A DNA stretch of 64,000 bases from Eledone cirrhosa. Its lineage: Eukaryota. Location: NCBI GenBank assembly GCA_964016885.1, contig OZ024755.1, positions 26,660,001 through 26,724,000 of the forward strand, read 5' to 3'. Position 1 is the stretch's first letter, and each line of letters opens with the position of its first letter. Below are positions 27,961-42,739 of this stretch, one piece after another. A model generated the notes under the pieces. That model made no database searches. It saw only the letters and a list, made by a program, of their open reading frames with translations, and was not told where the DNA came from. Position numbers and translations under genes: made by a program.

Positions 27961-28342
27961 ATATATATATATATATATATATATGCTGAAGATGTAGTAA
28001 TCGCATTTTATATTCATAATAGCCCAAAGCTCTTGCTGACGAAGGTACTCAACGTTCTTAGTAGCTCAATATTTCAATATCCGCCCGCCCGTCTGCTTGC
28101 CAGTCTGTGTCTCTATCTATCTATCTATCTATCTATCTATCATTAAGATTTATGATTCGCAGACCAGTTTACAAAATGGCGCATTATATTGCTAGAAAAA
28201 TGTTAAATTTGCAACGTAAATAATGCAAACACTGAGAAACAAATGGAGAGGTATAAATTAAAATAAACACATAGTTAAATAGCAAGATTTAAGCTTAACT
28301 TTAGCAGCAGCAGTGTTCATCGGTGGAATAAACATAAAATTC

Positions 28343-28516
<174 letters not shown>

Positions 28517-29518
28517 CTCACGGTTCTCGAATCATCGCTCACCCCACCCTTATTAATTTTTCAAACTCAACCCGCTTATTAAATTTTGCTAATCAATCCC
28601 CGGCGAAATTTTTCTTTATACGTTAAAAAACATTACACATGACCAATAAAGGACATTACTAGGAATCCCATACGTTATAAAATAAATACAATTCCTCGAA
28701 ACGTTCCCCTCCCCAAAATTGGTGACCCATGTGCCTAAATCAGAAACCATTATTAACCCAAACTTGTGGATCTAGACTGAGCAATGTCGGTCTAATTATA
28801 GCATAAAGTGTTTCAAAGTCCACTTCCACTATGTAGACGATGTTGCCTTGTTATGTATATAGCGTGTGCCTGTCTGTTAGTAAATACAGATGTATACCTG
28901 TATGTATGTATGTTTGTTTCTTGAGAAAATCAATTGCCCAGTATAAATTTCTTGGCATTAATAGCGTCAATGAAATTATTCTCAATGCAAGTCTGAATAT
29001 TATTGTTTCATGAATTCCATTTTAATTTGATAACTTTAATTGACGAAATACAAAACGCTGGAATAATTTGTTAATATATTAAATTCCTGACAAATATCAC
29101 TTGTTCTTTGTTATTCTTATTCTTTAATTTGAGTTGAAGATTATATCATCCCCATTGCCTACTAACGTTGTCGCCACCATTTTGGTTTTAATTACTCGTC
29201 ATTCTTAGCATATGTAATAAATTAATTGATTAACTTTCAAATCTTTAGGCTTCTGTTTTTTCACAATTACAAATTATATTTCACAAAAAAGCTCATTTTG
29301 CTAACGGGATGATGTAAAGAGCAATTGACTGACCACAGTCAATAACTGGATTGTTATGATGGTGATAGTGGCGATAGTGAAGAGGTGTGGGTGATTATGT
29401 TGAAGATGAGAAGGAAAATGTTGTAATTAATGTCCACGATGATGATGATTGCGATAATCATGATCATAATAATAATGATGGAGTGCAGAAAGATGCATAA
29501 AAATTACACACACACACA

Positions 29519-29603
<85 letters not shown>

Positions 29604-30849
29604 ATGTGTGTGTATATATGCATACGAAGATATGTCAGGTTAAAATTTGTTTGTGAATCAATGTTGCAAACAAAGTATATATGGAGGATTGCTTAACAAA
29701 GTATTTTTCTCGACATGTTCATTGCAGGAGGTACGGTAACAGCGATCTCACCTTGAACTAAGATCATTATATTCTTTCTGATGAAGTGTAATATTTTATG
29801 CAATGCTTGCGATTAAGCATAAAAATATGCAATTAGCGCTCGTAGACTGATATTGTATTGATACATATGTTAAAGAACGAACTCTAAATAAATCTTTCTC
29901 CTCTTACCTTTACTTCTTGCCTAGTCGTTTGTTTTATCCGGTACTGTGCAAGAAGGAAGAATTACGTACTTCCATGTCAAGCAAGAGGTCCTCCTGCCAC
30001 CTGGTGCCACACCAAGCCCCTTTCGCTTACAGCATTTAACTGTTTCCGTTCATATTGCAGTGTTTTGGTGGTTTCCTTCGCGCTAGTCACTAATTTGGTA
30101 CTTTTCTTAGACAAACGAAGGCTAGGTTTCTTTTAGAGACCGGGAAACTAAATTATGGTACTAACCAGTCAAGAAAAACATTATATAAGCATGGTTGAGG
30201 AGAGCTTCAAGCATAGGTGTTTTAAACATAGCACCTTTTTCAGTTTCGTTATAAAAGGAACTCCAGGATTTCGAAACTGAGAATGCAGAACACAGAATAT
30301 AGACGAAAATTCTTGAAGCATATAGGTCCACGGGTACATTATAAATACGAGGAAGGTTAAGAAATACTAGCAACTAATTAAATACAAGGGCAGATTTTTT
30401 AATAGGTGTTTTCAATTTGAGAAATGAAATATTCTACACACATGAAACACTTAAGCTGACGTTTGCTTGACATCCTCCATATACATCTATTTATATTGAA
30501 ACTCACATCACAAATCTCTATTATGTAGAAATATGTCACATATTAAGAATAACTGACGACTCAATATCCATACATATGGATATGTATAGACAATTATATC
30601 TACCTCTAATGCAAACAAGATAACATTTAATCATATCTGACACAACAGAACCCTTTTTAAGTAGGTCACCACTTCCTATCTCACGTATATATATAGATAT
30701 ATATATATAGATATAGATAACATTTTCCTCGTAAATCTAGCGCACAGAAATACATTTATGAAGCTGATTAATGTAACTTTAATATCGGGCTGCATTTTAC
30801 ATATTTCCATCTAATTTCAAACTCACATATATGCACTCACAAACACACG

Positions 30850-31064
<215 letters not shown>

Positions 31065-31089
31065 TCACATATATATATATGTATATGTC

Positions 31090-31120
<31 letters not shown>

Positions 31121-31152
31121 AGATCAAAAGATGGTTAAAGGAGTTCCATGTA

Positions 31153-31219
31153 TTTTATTATGCGCATTTCAAAAACAAACATCACCATGCAATAATATTT
31201 GTGTTTTCATCAGATAAAA
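31153..31219 (-). ncRNA. Minimal type I hammerhead ribozyme
   Basis: Same motif as 8070-8136; differences fall only within the distal stem II/loop II region. Confidence 0.85.
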
Positions 31220-31351
31220 CAGGAGAACATGATATGAAGGCTAAAAAACACTTGTGGATAGTGCAGTTTTAAATCTACATATGCAGTTTTAAATCTACAT
31301 AAAACTGCACTATCCACAAGTGTTTTTTAGCCTTCATATCATGTTCTCCTG

Positions 31352-31418
31352 TTTTATCTGATGAAAACACAAATATTATTGCATGATGATGTTTGTTTTT
31401 GAAATGCGCATAATAAAA
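31352..31418 (+). ncRNA. Minimal type I hammerhead ribozyme
   Basis: ttttat|CTGATGA|...|GAAA|tgcgca|TA|ataaaa. Confidence 0.87.
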
Positions 31419-31541
31419 TACATGGAACTCCTTTAACCATCTTTTGATCTTATATTATGCATACTCCAGTCCTACAAACTGTAGAGTGCTTCTTATCCGA
31501 TATCTGCATTGCTTTATTGTACTACAATAAAACTCACCTCC

Positions 31542-31601
<60 letters not shown>

Positions 31602-31608
31602 CACATAT

Positions 31609-31673
<65 letters not shown>

Positions 31674-31951
31674 CATATATATACACATATATATATATAT
31701 ATATGTGTATATGTATATATATATATATATAAATATATATGTATGTGTGTGTGTATTTGCGTGTGTGTGTGAGTGCATATATGTGAGTTTGAAATTAGAT
31801 GGAAATACGTAAAATGCAGTCCGATATTAAAGTTACATTAATCAGGTTCATAAATGTATTTCTGTGCGCTAGATTTACGAGGAAAATTTTATCTATATCT
31901 CTCTCTCTATATATATATATATACGTGAGATAGGAAGTGGTGACCTACTTA

Positions 31952-32031
<80 letters not shown>

Positions 32032-32032
32032 T

Positions 32033-32136
<104 letters not shown>

Positions 32137-32162
32137 ATATATATATATACATGTATATATAT

Positions 32163-32230
<68 letters not shown>

Positions 32231-32247
32231 ATATATATATATGCATG

Positions 32248-32306
<59 letters not shown>

Positions 32307-32444
32307 ATATTTATATATATATACATGTATATATATATATACATATATATAAATTTATATAAATATATAAATATATATATAAATTTATTATTATTACTAT
32401 ATATAAATACATATATATACGTATATATATATATGTATATATAC

Positions 32445-32514
<70 letters not shown>

Positions 32515-32516
<2 letters not shown>

Positions 32517-33120
32517 TGGCTGCCAACTCGTTTTCGAGTACGGCCACTACTTTATATCCATGTAGGAGAACCCCTACCGATGCGCTGAACGAGTGTGACT
32601 TTTTAGTCCAGCCAGCGACTTGAAAACTCTGGTACAGACACTACACTTGTGACAATTACTGACACATAGTGCTGGGCCCATGGTACCATGTGACGGCAAG
32701 TGCAGAGAGATCTCCAGATATAAAGCAGTGCCTGTGCCGTGAAGCTTTTATAGTGAGCAAAGGCACTGCACAAAGCCAGTCCCACTCTCTTAACCAAGAT
32801 GATATTTACCAAAAAGAAGAACAAGTCAACATCATTGGATACCATCAGGGTTGCAGGTGTTATATCAGAGTTTTCCTTCTCCTAGAATTCTGCCTTGACA
32901 AAGGCTAAGGGGTCATCTCTCCCAGTGATTTTGGATGGCCATTGACTCTTAAGAGCTCCTTTGCCCTTTGACAGGTTTTGTTTTTAGTCCTGCAGGATGT
33001 CCAAAGTCACCCTCCTCACCAAGAAACCTTGGTGGGGTTGCCAGTTTAGTCGCCAACGACCCGACCATGAAACAGGTTGTACTGGGATACATGTTACCAG
33101 TAGCACCAAGTGGTGACCTG
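32515..33120 (-). mobile_element. Apparently full-length ~600-bp non-autonomous RTE-related retroposon
   Basis: Collinear version of 25290-25806; RTE-like 5' UTR motif (gcctttgtcaaggca...ctaggagaaggaaaactctga) joined to a LINE C-terminal remnant; lies in (TA)n. Confidence 0.75.
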
Positions 33121-33791
33121 ACATATATATATATACGTGTATATATACGTATATATATATATACTAATACATACATGCATGTGTGTGCGTTTCTTTCGGC
33201 GTAAGATTAAAACCAGTATACAATCGAAAGGGAGCGTACTGTAATCCGCCCTTGCATCAATGTCCACTTTGCATCTAGTATCCCTTGAGAACCATTAGAT
33301 ATGTGCTAGACAGAATAATGTAGTGGACATAATCGCCTAAACTTTTAAAGAACCAACCCCAGCTTTACCTCAGTCCAGTAAGTGAAGTCAGAATAATATA
33401 ATAGAAAGGAAAGTATATATGTGTGTGAAATAGCTGGAAAGAGAGATAAAAAAAAAGCGGGGAGACAGAGATATGTGCGTTAAATGATATGTATCACTTA
33501 AAGACATTTATATATATGCTGACATGCGCAAAACAAGAATAACAAACTTCATATACGTTACACATGTAGATAGATCGATTTTCTCGTCCGTTTCCCCTCC
33601 ATCACATTTGTAGTTATTGATGTCTACATTTTATTGCCATTCACATTGATAGTGTTGTTGTTACTGCTGCTTTTATTGGAATCATGCACTCCATTAAGTG
33701 GTTGTATTGTCAAAGCCACTATTAAGTTGTCTACATCAAAAAGAAAACCTGATCATATACACACACACACACACACACATATATATGTGTG

Positions 33792-33883
<92 letters not shown>

Positions 33884-34033
33884 CACACACACACACACAC
33901 ACATACATATACATATGTATATGTATATATATATATGTGTGTGTTTGTGTGAGTGTACGTATGAACAGGATTATGTTTGTGTATGTTTTCTGCCTTTGTA
34001 AATGTCTACATATACGCACACACACAGGCACAC

Positions 34034-34081
<48 letters not shown>

Positions 34082-34218
34082 GAAAACACTTAAGCGTAAA
34101 AGAGGTATATTGGAAAAGAATTTTGGAACCTGAAACTTCAGAAATTCTTCGTTCGTGTCTCTCATATCCGAGAAAAATTGTCGTCTGCGGACTGGAAGAG
34201 AGGAATTTAGAATATCAA

Positions 34219-34452
<234 letters not shown>

Positions 34453-35939
34453 TTAAACAATGGAAAAGTACAAACAACAAAGTAAGGAAGCAATTAATCT
34501 ATTGAACAGACCTTGTACGATCTAAGATGAAGTTGACTGTTAGAAAGAACTTTACAATAACATGAAATCTTCAAACACAGTTTGATTGTTTGTCTCTGAA
34601 GTAGATGCAGTTTTACGAAAAGCTTTTGCATGTTCATCATCTAATGATGAACATGCAAAAGTATGCCCAGTATATGGGATGGTTTCAAAGTCAGTAGTTA
34701 GCCTGTAGATAAGTAGTCGTTAGTCTGAATACAAATAAAACCTATCTTCTATAAATGATATATCATATTATCGAGTGTTACGTATGGTCCTACTCAACAA
34801 CAGCCTTTGGTTAAAGTATAGGATTTACGCCTGATATCTCAGTTTTTAATTCACTGGGCTTCAGAACTTATAAACACAAAAATTAGTTTGATGACAACTT
34901 ATCCCAGCATTGGTTGAGTTGTATCCCTATCTCTAGAAATACAAAACATTTTAACAAGAGGTTAACAATCTCTTGTAAATTCATATGTAACTAAAACCAT
35001 CGAAGTACGTCGGGCCCTGCCACACATTATTGAATGGTCAAAGAAATGATATAGCATGAATAAGCGCGCAGTTTGAGATGGTTTAGGTGTATTTAAGCGA
35101 GAGACATTTTAGATGTTATAAAACTCTTTAGAATATTCGTGATTCGCATGTTGTTCTGTCTGTCCCAGTGTCACAAATGTTCATCGCTCAAGCCACATTC
35201 AAGTCGTGAACGTTCCATTTTTATCTCTGGTAACATTTCCGCTATTCATTTATTTTGTGACTAAATTTATTCAAATTTTTTTCTTTAACTAAATAACATA
35301 CGTATTCCACTGGGTAAATTATTAGAACTTTTGTTCTACAATGATTCTGGAAACAGTACACAAGCATTGCATCATTTATATCCACAAAGGAATATTATAT
35401 ATATAAAGATATAAAACACAGCTGCAAATATTTTCCAACGAAACAATTCATATTGAATGTATTTGAATACCGTAACAAAATTTCTGTTTCATATTTTTTC
35501 TGTAGCAGAATATAAAGAAAAATATTCTAATTTAAAAAATAAAAAGCATATTCATATATTCATAAGTTTATGTATTCCGAGGTATGTATATAATCTTTAT
35601 AGTAGAAATTATAAAAGAAAAATATTGAGATCTACGATATTGCTTCAAGAATTCATATTTTCATAAACCTATATATTTTTAGAGTTGAATGTATTATTTT
35701 TAGAAGAATTAAGATATAAAAATTCCCAACATGATATTGCGTCAGAAATTCATATATTCATAAAGTAAAATCCGTAATCCATGCCTAGCCAAGGAAATTG
35801 ATGCTTGTCTGCATCGGAGAAAGTTCTTCCATAAAAGTTCATGCGCTCTACCATTCACTCCATCTGCTCCATATGACTCAGTGAGGACTATGACCTCTGA
35901 TATTCTCGATGGTTCTGCTTCTCTCTGCCATCCGCTTCT

Positions 35940-36022
<83 letters not shown>

Positions 36023-36195
36023 TTTTCCATACCTGAACACGTTCACTCATGCTTCAACGTTTCTTTATCGCATCATACTCGAAAAATGAGGCGTGTTACC
36101 CCAGTTCACTGGTAGTGAATAGATAACACTGTAATACATCTCCAGCGTTAAACGCTGAACGGAGAAACAATAATATTAATAACAATAATAATAAT

Positions 36196-36590
36196 AATTG
36201 TTTCTACTTTTTGGCACAAGGCCAGCAATTATCCCAGTGCATTACTGGTACTTTATTTTATCGACCCCGTAAGGATGAAAGGCAAAGTTAACCTCGGCGG
36301 GATTTGATCACAGACCGTAAACGGGCGTAACTCTATGCTACAAAAGCATGGCGTCCGACCCTTTACCGATACTGCCAATCCACCATCCTTAACAATAATA
36401 ATAATTCTTTCTACGTTTGGCACAAGGCCAGCAATTATCCAGTGCATTACTGGTACTTTATTTTATCGACCCCGTAAGGATGAAAGGCAAAGTTAACCTC
36501 GGCGAGATTTGAACTCACAATGGCAAGGGCCGTAACTCTATGCATCAAAGCATGGCGTCCGACCCTCTACCGATACTGCCAATCCACCGC
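36196..36590 (-). mobile_element. Two tandem full-length SINE copies in an (AAT)n tract
   Basis: Family consensus twice, separated and flanked by acaataataataat. Confidence 0.92.
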
Positions 36591-36605
36591 TTACAATAAT
36601 AATAA

Positions 36606-37405
36606 TGGGATGAAGTTTTGGATAGAAATGTGGTGTTGTAACCCTGAAACGTGGAAAATTAACAAAGAGTAGAGGAACTGGGCTGCCAATAGCCATACTA
36701 TTAAAGAAGTGGGAGGGGAAGAATACAAGTTTTGGGGAATCTTTAAGCTGAATAAGATCAAAGAGAAAGCGATAAAGATGTTAAAAAAAAAGAGTACCTC
36801 AGGCGGGTGAGACTTGTATTGTCGTCTAAATTGAATGGAAAGAATAAAATCAAGGCACCAAATACATGTGATGTGTCTCTAATGTGCTATAAGGTAGGAG
36901 TTATTAGATGGAGGAAAGATAAATTGGAAAGTATTGATAGGAAAACTAGGAAATAGATGACAATGTATAAAGAACCAAAGAGTAATATCGCAAGACGTTA
37001 CGTTGGAAAAAAGAAAGGAGGTATAGGATTAATATGTTTTGAAAAGTGTGTCAAACGGGAGGATAACAACATAGTTTGATTCCTTTAAAATGTCAGAGGT
37101 AATATTGTCAAAAGTAAGAGACCTCGACACACTGAAATCTACTGATGTAGTAGCACACAATGAATGCACGAAGAGAGTGAAAAGAGAACTTTTTAAAAAA
37201 AATGGAAGGATATACTTATGCATGGACAGAACACTACTGATAAAGCAGGGAAAAGAGCTGGCCGTGGCGTAAAAATGGCGATTTGAAAGTATGTACTGAA
37301 GCTCTGGTATACAGCATTCAGGATCAGACTCTTCGAACAAACTACATTAAACATCATGTTGACAAAACGATAAAATCACCATTAATTAGAATGTGGGGAA
37401 CGAAA
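36606..37405 (+). mobile_element. Decayed Dong/R4-clade LINE fragment
   Basis: EYLRRVRLVLSSKLNGKNKIKA...ESIDRKTRK...LKVCTEALVYSIQDQTLRTNYIKHHVDK, frameshifted. Confidence 0.75.
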
Positions 37406-37769
37406 GTAGATTTTCAATGTTTCATTTTGATTTGTGCTGGTGTTGAGTATACTTTACACGTGTTTTTACGTGTCGTTAGAAAGGACTTAAGCTAGATACA
37501 ATAACACGTATAAAATATATTCAACATGACACGCAGCAACATATGAAAAATGTATTCAACGCCAACACGAATTAAAATGAAACTTTGAAAAGCTATTCAT
37601 AACTAAACTGGTTAATATATAAAATAATTCGATAATCTTGACTATTTCCGCAACCCCACTTATATTTATATATATATATATATATATATAAAGAATAGAA
37701 AACGAAAAATCAGTGATGCAGCTGAACTCAAATTATTGTGTGTTACAATTGGAAGCATCCTAGTTAGCA

Positions 37770-38095
<326 letters not shown>

Positions 38096-38097
38096 AT

Positions 38098-38128
<31 letters not shown>

Positions 38129-38156
38129 GGAACACACACACATATATATACATATA

Positions 38157-38243
<87 letters not shown>

Positions 38244-38254
38244 GTACACACACA

Positions 38255-38348
<94 letters not shown>

Positions 38349-38359
38349 TGTGTGTGTAC

Positions 38360-38413
<54 letters not shown>

Positions 38414-38877
38414 TAGTGTAGTGTAATGTGAAGCTTGGTTAGGCGAGAGGATTCACGATCATAAGGTCATGGACTCAATTCTTGTAGCGTGCATCACGTT
38501 GTGGTCTTGAAAACGTCACTTCATTTCACGTTGTTTCAAGAAAATTGTAGGATCTCAATCTAACTTGTATAACTTGTATAGACGTTAGCTGTAAATTTCA
38601 TTTAATTTTTTTCATGTATATTTAGATATTACGAAACATATTCAATATATTTAGATATTACGAAACAAATTCAAAAATATTGTTGAAATGTTTTAATAGT
38701 CTGGTGGACAAGAATTTTTTAAATAATGTTTGCATAGAAAATTGAATAGTTGTACAACCATCGTTATTGCTCTTAATATTTGCTAAAGTATAATTCTGAC
38801 TGTCAAATATATAACTACGACAGCTCTTTCACAATTTTAAGTCCTACCTATATAATTATATATGAGGCAAACAGGGG

Positions 38878-38991
38878 TGTTAAGCCTCAGGGGGGCATTA
38901 AGCTCCACAACACTACAAATGAATTATATTCATACTTGGCACATCATTATCTGTAGTGTGGTGGGAATTAATGCCCCTTGGGGCTTAATAC
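38878..38991. repeat. Imperfect ~43-bp inverted repeat (fold-back or MITE-like)
   Basis: ttaagcctcaggggggcattaa...cactaca / tgtagtg...ttaatgccccttggggcttaa. Confidence 0.6.
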
Positions 38992-39014
38992 GCTCTCTAG
39001 TCCTATATATATAA

Positions 39015-39102
<88 letters not shown>

Positions 39103-39118
39103 GTGTGTGCGCGCGCGC

Positions 39119-39150
<32 letters not shown>

Positions 39151-39199
39151 CAGACAGAGAGAGTTTGTGTGTGCGTGTTATATTTTGTGTTTGTGAACG

Positions 39200-39540
39200 A
39201 AACGTGGCCGAATGAATAAGTGGTTTGCTTAGTAATAATTAGTTCCCTGGTTTGATCCTTCTGTGTGGCATCATGGGCCAATGTCATTTAGCATAACCTC
39301 GAGGTGATCCCTGTCCTGTGGGTGGAATTGGATAGACGTAAACACGTAAACTGTCCGGTAGCCTTTTCGATAGATTGTGCCTGCAATTCAAAATGTCAGC
39401 CTTGTCGTACATTGCTTTACGCCATACCTCCCCTCGAGGAGTGTTACCTTAAATATATACGTGTCTGTAAAATGCTCAGCGATTACACTTCAATTTCCTG
39501 ATGAGACTGTTTCGTTGATAGAACTGGAACACTCATCGTA
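39200..39540 (+). mobile_element. Old SINE of the second family
   Basis: tRNA-like head plus body similar to 14942-15240. Confidence 0.5.
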
Positions 39541-39572
39541 CTATGTACTTATGTAACAAATTATTATTATTA

Positions 39573-40158
39573 AGGGCGGTGAATTGGCAGTATCGGTAGA
39601 GGGTCGGATGCCATGCTTTGTAGCAGAGTTACGTCCCTTTACGGTTTGAGTTCAAATCCCGCTGAGGTTAACTTTGTCTTTCATCCTTACGGGGTCGATA
39701 AAATAAAGCACCAGTAATGCACTGGGGTCGATTTATTCGACTTTTCCTTCCCCTTAAAAAAATTGCTGGCCTTGTGCCTAAATTAGAAACAATTATTATT
39801 AAGGGCGGTGAATTGGCAGTATCGGTAGATGGCTGGACGCCATGCTTTCTAGCATAGTTACGTCCCTTTACGGTTTGAGTTCAAATCCCGCTGAGGTTAA
39901 CTTTGCCTTTCATCCTTACGGGGTCGATAAAATAAAGTACCAGTAATGTACTGGGTAATTTGCTGGCCTTGTGCCTAAAGTAGAAACAATTATTATGATA
40001 CGGACGCCATGCTTTGCAGCAAAGAGTTATGGCCTTTTATGGTCTGCGTTCAAATCCCGCCGAAGTTAACTTTGTCTTTCATCCTTACGGGGTCGATAAA
40101 ATAAAGTACCAGCAATACACTGGGCTAATTGCTGGCCTTGTGCCTAAAGCAGAAACAT
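39573..40158 (+). mobile_element. Three tandem SINE copies (one long form, two short form)
   Basis: Family consensus three times, separated by (tta)n. Confidence 0.92.
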
Positions 40159-40704
40159 TCATGATACAATCCCAGCCTTTTATTCATTTCATTTCTTTGT
40201 TTTCCCAAGTCAATTGCCAAACAAATACAACTCCAAAATAAGTAATTTCTGTTTAGATATATTGGTTTTGGTTCGATACATATGTTTGTAAATCAGGTGA
40301 AAGAGAAAACCATATCTTACTAATTTATAAAATGAAATATTAAATCGATCTTCAACTAATATGATTGCATTTCAAAACATAATGTAAAAGACGATATTTA
40401 CCGAAGATGTATCGATTCGTATTGATTTGTTTATCATCTCCTCACATATCAGCATTAAGAAAATGGGGGGTGTATTACTTACTTAATTGTTCACCATTAC
40501 GTAAAGTTGTACCGCCCTTTGCTTTCGTTCCACTTCTTTACTTTACCCCCATTCTCTTTCTTTCCCACTTTCTGTCCCTCTCACTTCGTATCTTTCACTC
40601 CCCATCTATCAATTTACCTGTCTATCCCTCTATCTCTCTAACTACCTACATAAACACACATAGACATACACGCACACACATACATATGCATATACATACA
40701 CACA

Positions 40705-40803
<99 letters not shown>

Positions 40804-40824
40804 GTAAAAGGTAAACAGAAATAA

Positions 40825-41013
40825 TAATTGTTTCTACCTTAGGCACAAGGCCAGCAATTACCCAGTGCATTACTGGTACTTTATTTTATCGACCCCGTAC
40901 GGATGAAAGGCAAAGTCAACCTCGGCGGGATTTGAACTCAGATCGTAAAGGGACGTAACTATGCTGGAAAGCATGGCGTCCGACCCTCTACCGATACTGC
41001 CAATCCACCGCCC
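40825..41013 (-). mobile_element. Young full-length SINE with 17-bp TSD
   Basis: Perfect TSD taaacagaaataataat. Confidence 0.93.
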
Positions 41014-41093
41014 TTAAACAGAAATAATAATACAATCGATACAGAATATGGAAGGTATATATTAGGTTAACGCTTGATATAGCAGGAAGATGG

Positions 41094-41129
41094 TCTTAAC
41101 GTTTCGGACGCTAGTCCTTCATTAGAAGA
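41094..41129 (-). ncRNA. Degenerate minimal hammerhead in a PLE pLTR remnant
   Basis: tctt|CTAATGA-a|ggac-tagc-gtcc|GAAAcg|TT|aaga; G5A core change. Confidence 0.55.
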
Positions 41130-41195
41130 AAGAATGAGAAATAAAATAGATTGAGGAGACGGGTGGGTTGGAATTGGAAAAAATGTCTTTAGATA

Positions 41196-41248
<53 letters not shown>

Positions 41249-41397
41249 GGACAGACAGACAGAACGAGATAGCGATTCTACTTTTATTCCACATTTTTTC
41301 TTATTAGTTCACTATACTATTTATATACCTTTTTTTCTCCTAATTTACGATATTTCTGGTATTTTTATATCCTTTGTTTCGCACCTATGTTCACAAA

Positions 41398-41665
41398 AAC
41401 GTGTAGTCACACTCACACGTGTAGTCGCACAAACACGTGTAGTCGCACCAGCACGTGTAGTCGCACCAACACGTGTAGTCACACTCACACGTGTAGTCGC
41501 ACAAACACGTGTAGTCGCACCAGCACGTGTAGTCGCACCAACACGTGTAGTCACACTCACACGTGTAGTCACACAAACACGTGTAGTCACACACGTGTAG
41601 TCGCACATACACGTGCAGTCACACAAACACGTGTAGTCACACAAACACGTGTAGTCACACTCACA
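41398..41665. repeat. Minisatellite, 14-19-bp units acgtgtagtcrcac..., about 15 copies
   Basis: Direct inspection; a 4-unit higher-order block is duplicated. Confidence 0.92.
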
Positions 41666-42019
41666 CCACGCATTAGTTCTCATTCGCTATCCCCCTCGCT
41701 CACCTCATCCTCTATCCTCTACACACTCACACTATCACTCTTTCTAAATGATGAAGATCCTTATTTTCTTTGTTCTTTCCTCACTAACAAATGAACTGTC
41801 CTCTCACACACACGTACTCACATATACGCACACACACATAGGTATATACACGTGCACACCCACACATACGTACACACACATACACACTTACACTAACGTT
41901 CACCAACTTACGCACCCACACCCACGTACACATATATATATATACACACAATTACACACACACACACACACACACAAACATATAACTACGCAACACTATA
42001 GTCAACCAGATACTCTAAT

Positions 42020-42237
42020 AATGGTTTCTTATATAGGCAAAAGGCCAGTAATTTTTTTTTGGGTGGGGGTCGATTTAATCGACCCCAGTGCGTGACTGGT
42101 ACTTTATTTTATCGACCCCGTAAGGATGAAAGGCAAATTAACCTCGGCGGGATTTGAACTCAGATCATAAAGAGCCGTAACTCTATGCTGCAAAGCATGG
42201 CGTCCGACCCTCTACCGATACTGCCAATCCACCGCCC
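42020..42237 (-). mobile_element. Long-form SINE with TSD
   Basis: cagatactctaataat duplicated. Confidence 0.9.
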
Positions 42238-42293
42238 TCAGATACTCTAATAATCAGACATATTTTTTGTCTTACTTTCATTATCTTCCTTAT

Positions 42294-42482
42294 GGCGGGG
42301 GATTGGCAGTATCGGTAGAGGGTCGGACGCCATGCTTTGACGCATAGAGTTACGGCCCTTGCCATTCTGAGTTCAAATCCTGCCAAGGTTAACTTTGCCT
42401 TTCATCCTTACGGGGTCGATAAAATAAAGTACCAGTAATACACTGGGTAATTGCTGGCCTTGTGCCGAAAGTAGAAACAATT
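42294..42482 (+). mobile_element. Short-form SINE with TSD
   Basis: attatcttccttat duplicated. Confidence 0.92.
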
Positions 42483-42739
42483 ATCTTCCTTATCACAAAA
42501 CACAATTCTACCACATAGACACTCAACATGTTTTGTTTTTCGTTATTTTTTTACTTGCAGTTTTCTACTGCTTTTTTTCTCTCTCATTTAATTACTTTTC
42601 TTACACCTCTTCACCATTATCTCCTCTTCATCACACCATTTTTTTCATCTTTATAATTTCATCGGCTCCTCCGTCCACAATTCAAATATTCTACGTTTTT
42701 TTTTTTTTTTTTTTTTTTTTGTAGAGTGCAGTTTGAGGG

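Larger units (their letters stand above)
31113..31544 (-). mobile_element. Short copy of the 5929-8176 PLE family: inverted pLTR ends plus 86-bp tail
   Basis: About 158-bp inverted arms with the same end point and same tail as 5929-8176, in opposite orientation, in (TA)n. Confidence 0.9.

Noticed and set aside
29900-30373. Possible host exons in a less repetitive stretch
   Set aside because: No coherent ORF with splice sites or recognisable protein similarity
39573-39660. SINE heads as tRNA genes
   Set aside because: A/B boxes are present but there is no cloverleaf, and each head is joined to the SINE body and tail
41398-41665. Repeat array as CRISPR or Cys-rich protein (CDYT repeats)
   Set aside because: No spacers; unit lengths break the reading frame
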